From positions 1 to 25,978 of the IMG/VR virus record IMGVR_UViG_3300029448_000371: 25,978 nucleotides of DNA; one strand, written 5' to 3'. Positions 24,759-25,978 of the stretch are shown in pieces (position 1 is the stretch's first letter; every line of letters begins with the position of its first letter). This DNA is from a virus. Its lineage: Duplodnaviria; Caudoviricetes. Under the pieces are notes generated by a model. That model was not told where the DNA came from, did not search any database, and worked only from the letters and a program-made list of their open reading frames with translations. The translations under genes were made by a program, and so were the position numbers.

Positions 24759-25978
24759 TGAGTTTACAAGAATGTATAGTTAGAGCTGCTGATGCTGGTA
24801 TAATTAATGATGCAAAACAAGCTGATTTATTAAATGATTATCAATCAAACTATCAAAAATATTTAGACGAAGGTTTATCTACAGATGACGCTGCTAAAAA
24901 AGCTGGGATAGATACATTTGATGAATTAAAATTTAAATCTGCACAAAAGACCAGGAGAGCTGTATTAGATTATAAAATAAAAAAACAATTTGAATTTGAT
25001 GCTCAAAGATACCTAGAAGAAAATCCAAAGAAAAAAGGATTGTTTGCATTTTTACAAGAAAAAGTTTTTTTTACTGAAGTAGCTGAAGGTAGAACAAAAA
25101 CATCATCTGTAGAAGAAAGAATAAATATTACACAAGGTAGATTAGACGAAATATTTATAAATGTTTTACAAAATTTTAGACACAATTTATTAGGTACAAA
25201 TCGTAATAAAGCAACAATGCGATTGATGGGAAAAGAAATATTTGAGCCAGGATCTACTGGTAACAAAGCAGCTGAAGAATTAGCCAAAGCCTGGATAGCA
25301 GCTGCGGAGGAAGCTCGTAAATTATTTAATGCAGCTGGTGGTTCTATTCCTAGATTTGAAAGATGGCATTTACCACAAAAACATAATGAATTGTTGATAA
25401 AAGATACTGGTTACGATGCCTGGAGAAAATTTTTAGATGATAACGATATTTTAGATGTTGATAATATGATTGATTATTCTACTGGTAAAAAATTTACAAA
25501 AGCAAAATTAGAAATGGCTCTTACTGATGTTTACAACACTATTGCAACACAAGGTCATTCTAAAAATAAAAAAATAATTAATGGTAGCAGTTTTGCTAAT
25601 CGAAGAACAGATCATCGATTTTTACAATTTAAAAATTATGATGCCTGGGAAACCTATAATAATAAATTTGGCAAAGGTAATGTTTTTGACTCTATGGTTG
25701 GTCATATAAAAACTATGGCTAGAGATATAGGTACAATGCAAATTTTAGGCACAAATCCAAAGAGAATGTTGGAATGGATGGGTGAGTTTGATGTTGCACA
25801 AATAAATAAAAATCAAAAATTATCTGGAAAAGAAACAGATAAATTATTACAAAAAAATAATAGAGCACAAAGAATATTAAATGATGCTTATAATTTTTAT
25901 ACTGGCACACTCAATGATCCAGAAAATGTTGCAGTTGCAAAGTTTTTTGGAGGTATGAGAGATCTTACTTCTGCCATG
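24758..25978 (+). CDS. large internal virion/ejection protein (gp16-like), truncated by the window end
   Basis: TAATG coupling; MSLQECIVRAADAG..., WHLPQKHN, HRFLQFK and ARDIGTMQILGTNP motifs; no stop noticed. Confidence 0.8.
   Translation, partial: MSLQECIVRAADAGIINDAKQADLLNDYQSNYQKYLDEGLSTDDAAKKAGIDTFDELKFKSAQKTRRAVLDYKIKKQFEFDAQRYLEENPKKKGLFAFLQEKVFFTEVAEGRTKTSSVEERINITQGRLDEIFINVLQNFRHNLLGTNRNKATMRLMGKEIFEPGSTGNKAAEELAKAWIAAAEEARKLFNAAGGSIPRFERWHLPQKHNELLIKDTGYDAWRKFLDDNDILDVDNMIDYSTGKKFTKAKLEMALTDVYNTIATQGHSKNKKIINGSSFANRRTDHRFLQFKNYDAWETYNNKFGKGNVFDSMVGHIKTMARDIGTMQILGTNPKRMLEWMGEFDVAQINKNQKLSGKETDKLLQKNNRAQRILNDAYNFYTGTLNDPENVAVAKFFGGMRDLTSAM

Overview
AT-rich fragment (about one-third GC by eye) of a temperate podovirus. 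A marine low-GC alphaproteobacterial host is plausible but only inferred. The left arm (- strand) holds small hypothetical genes, an attP-like region (877-1080), a complete tRNA-Phe(GAA), a recombination module (PD-(D/E)XK nuclease, ssDNA-annealing-like protein, excisionase-like HTH) and a cI-like repressor. The right arm (+ strand) holds cro, an HTH replication initiator with internal iterons, a late regulator, TerS/TerL, portal, scaffold, major capsid, tail tubular A/B, internal virion proteins, a pesticin-like muramidase and a 1127-aa ejection-type protein with ParB-like and RelA/SpoT-like domains. No integrase, DNA polymerase or RNA polymerase is visible in the window. The top leads are: (1) a nested antisense gene with its own sigma70-like promoter inside the large ejection gene beside the RelA/SpoT domain, a candidate hidden antitoxin; (2) an attP core matching only a tRNA-Phe anticodon arm, next to a full replacement tRNA-Phe with a different stem; (3) a TAGCA-N5-TGCTA operator regulon; (4) small basic proteins sharing a C-terminal KTL(V/L)G tag. 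All family calls come from motif recognition, not database searches.
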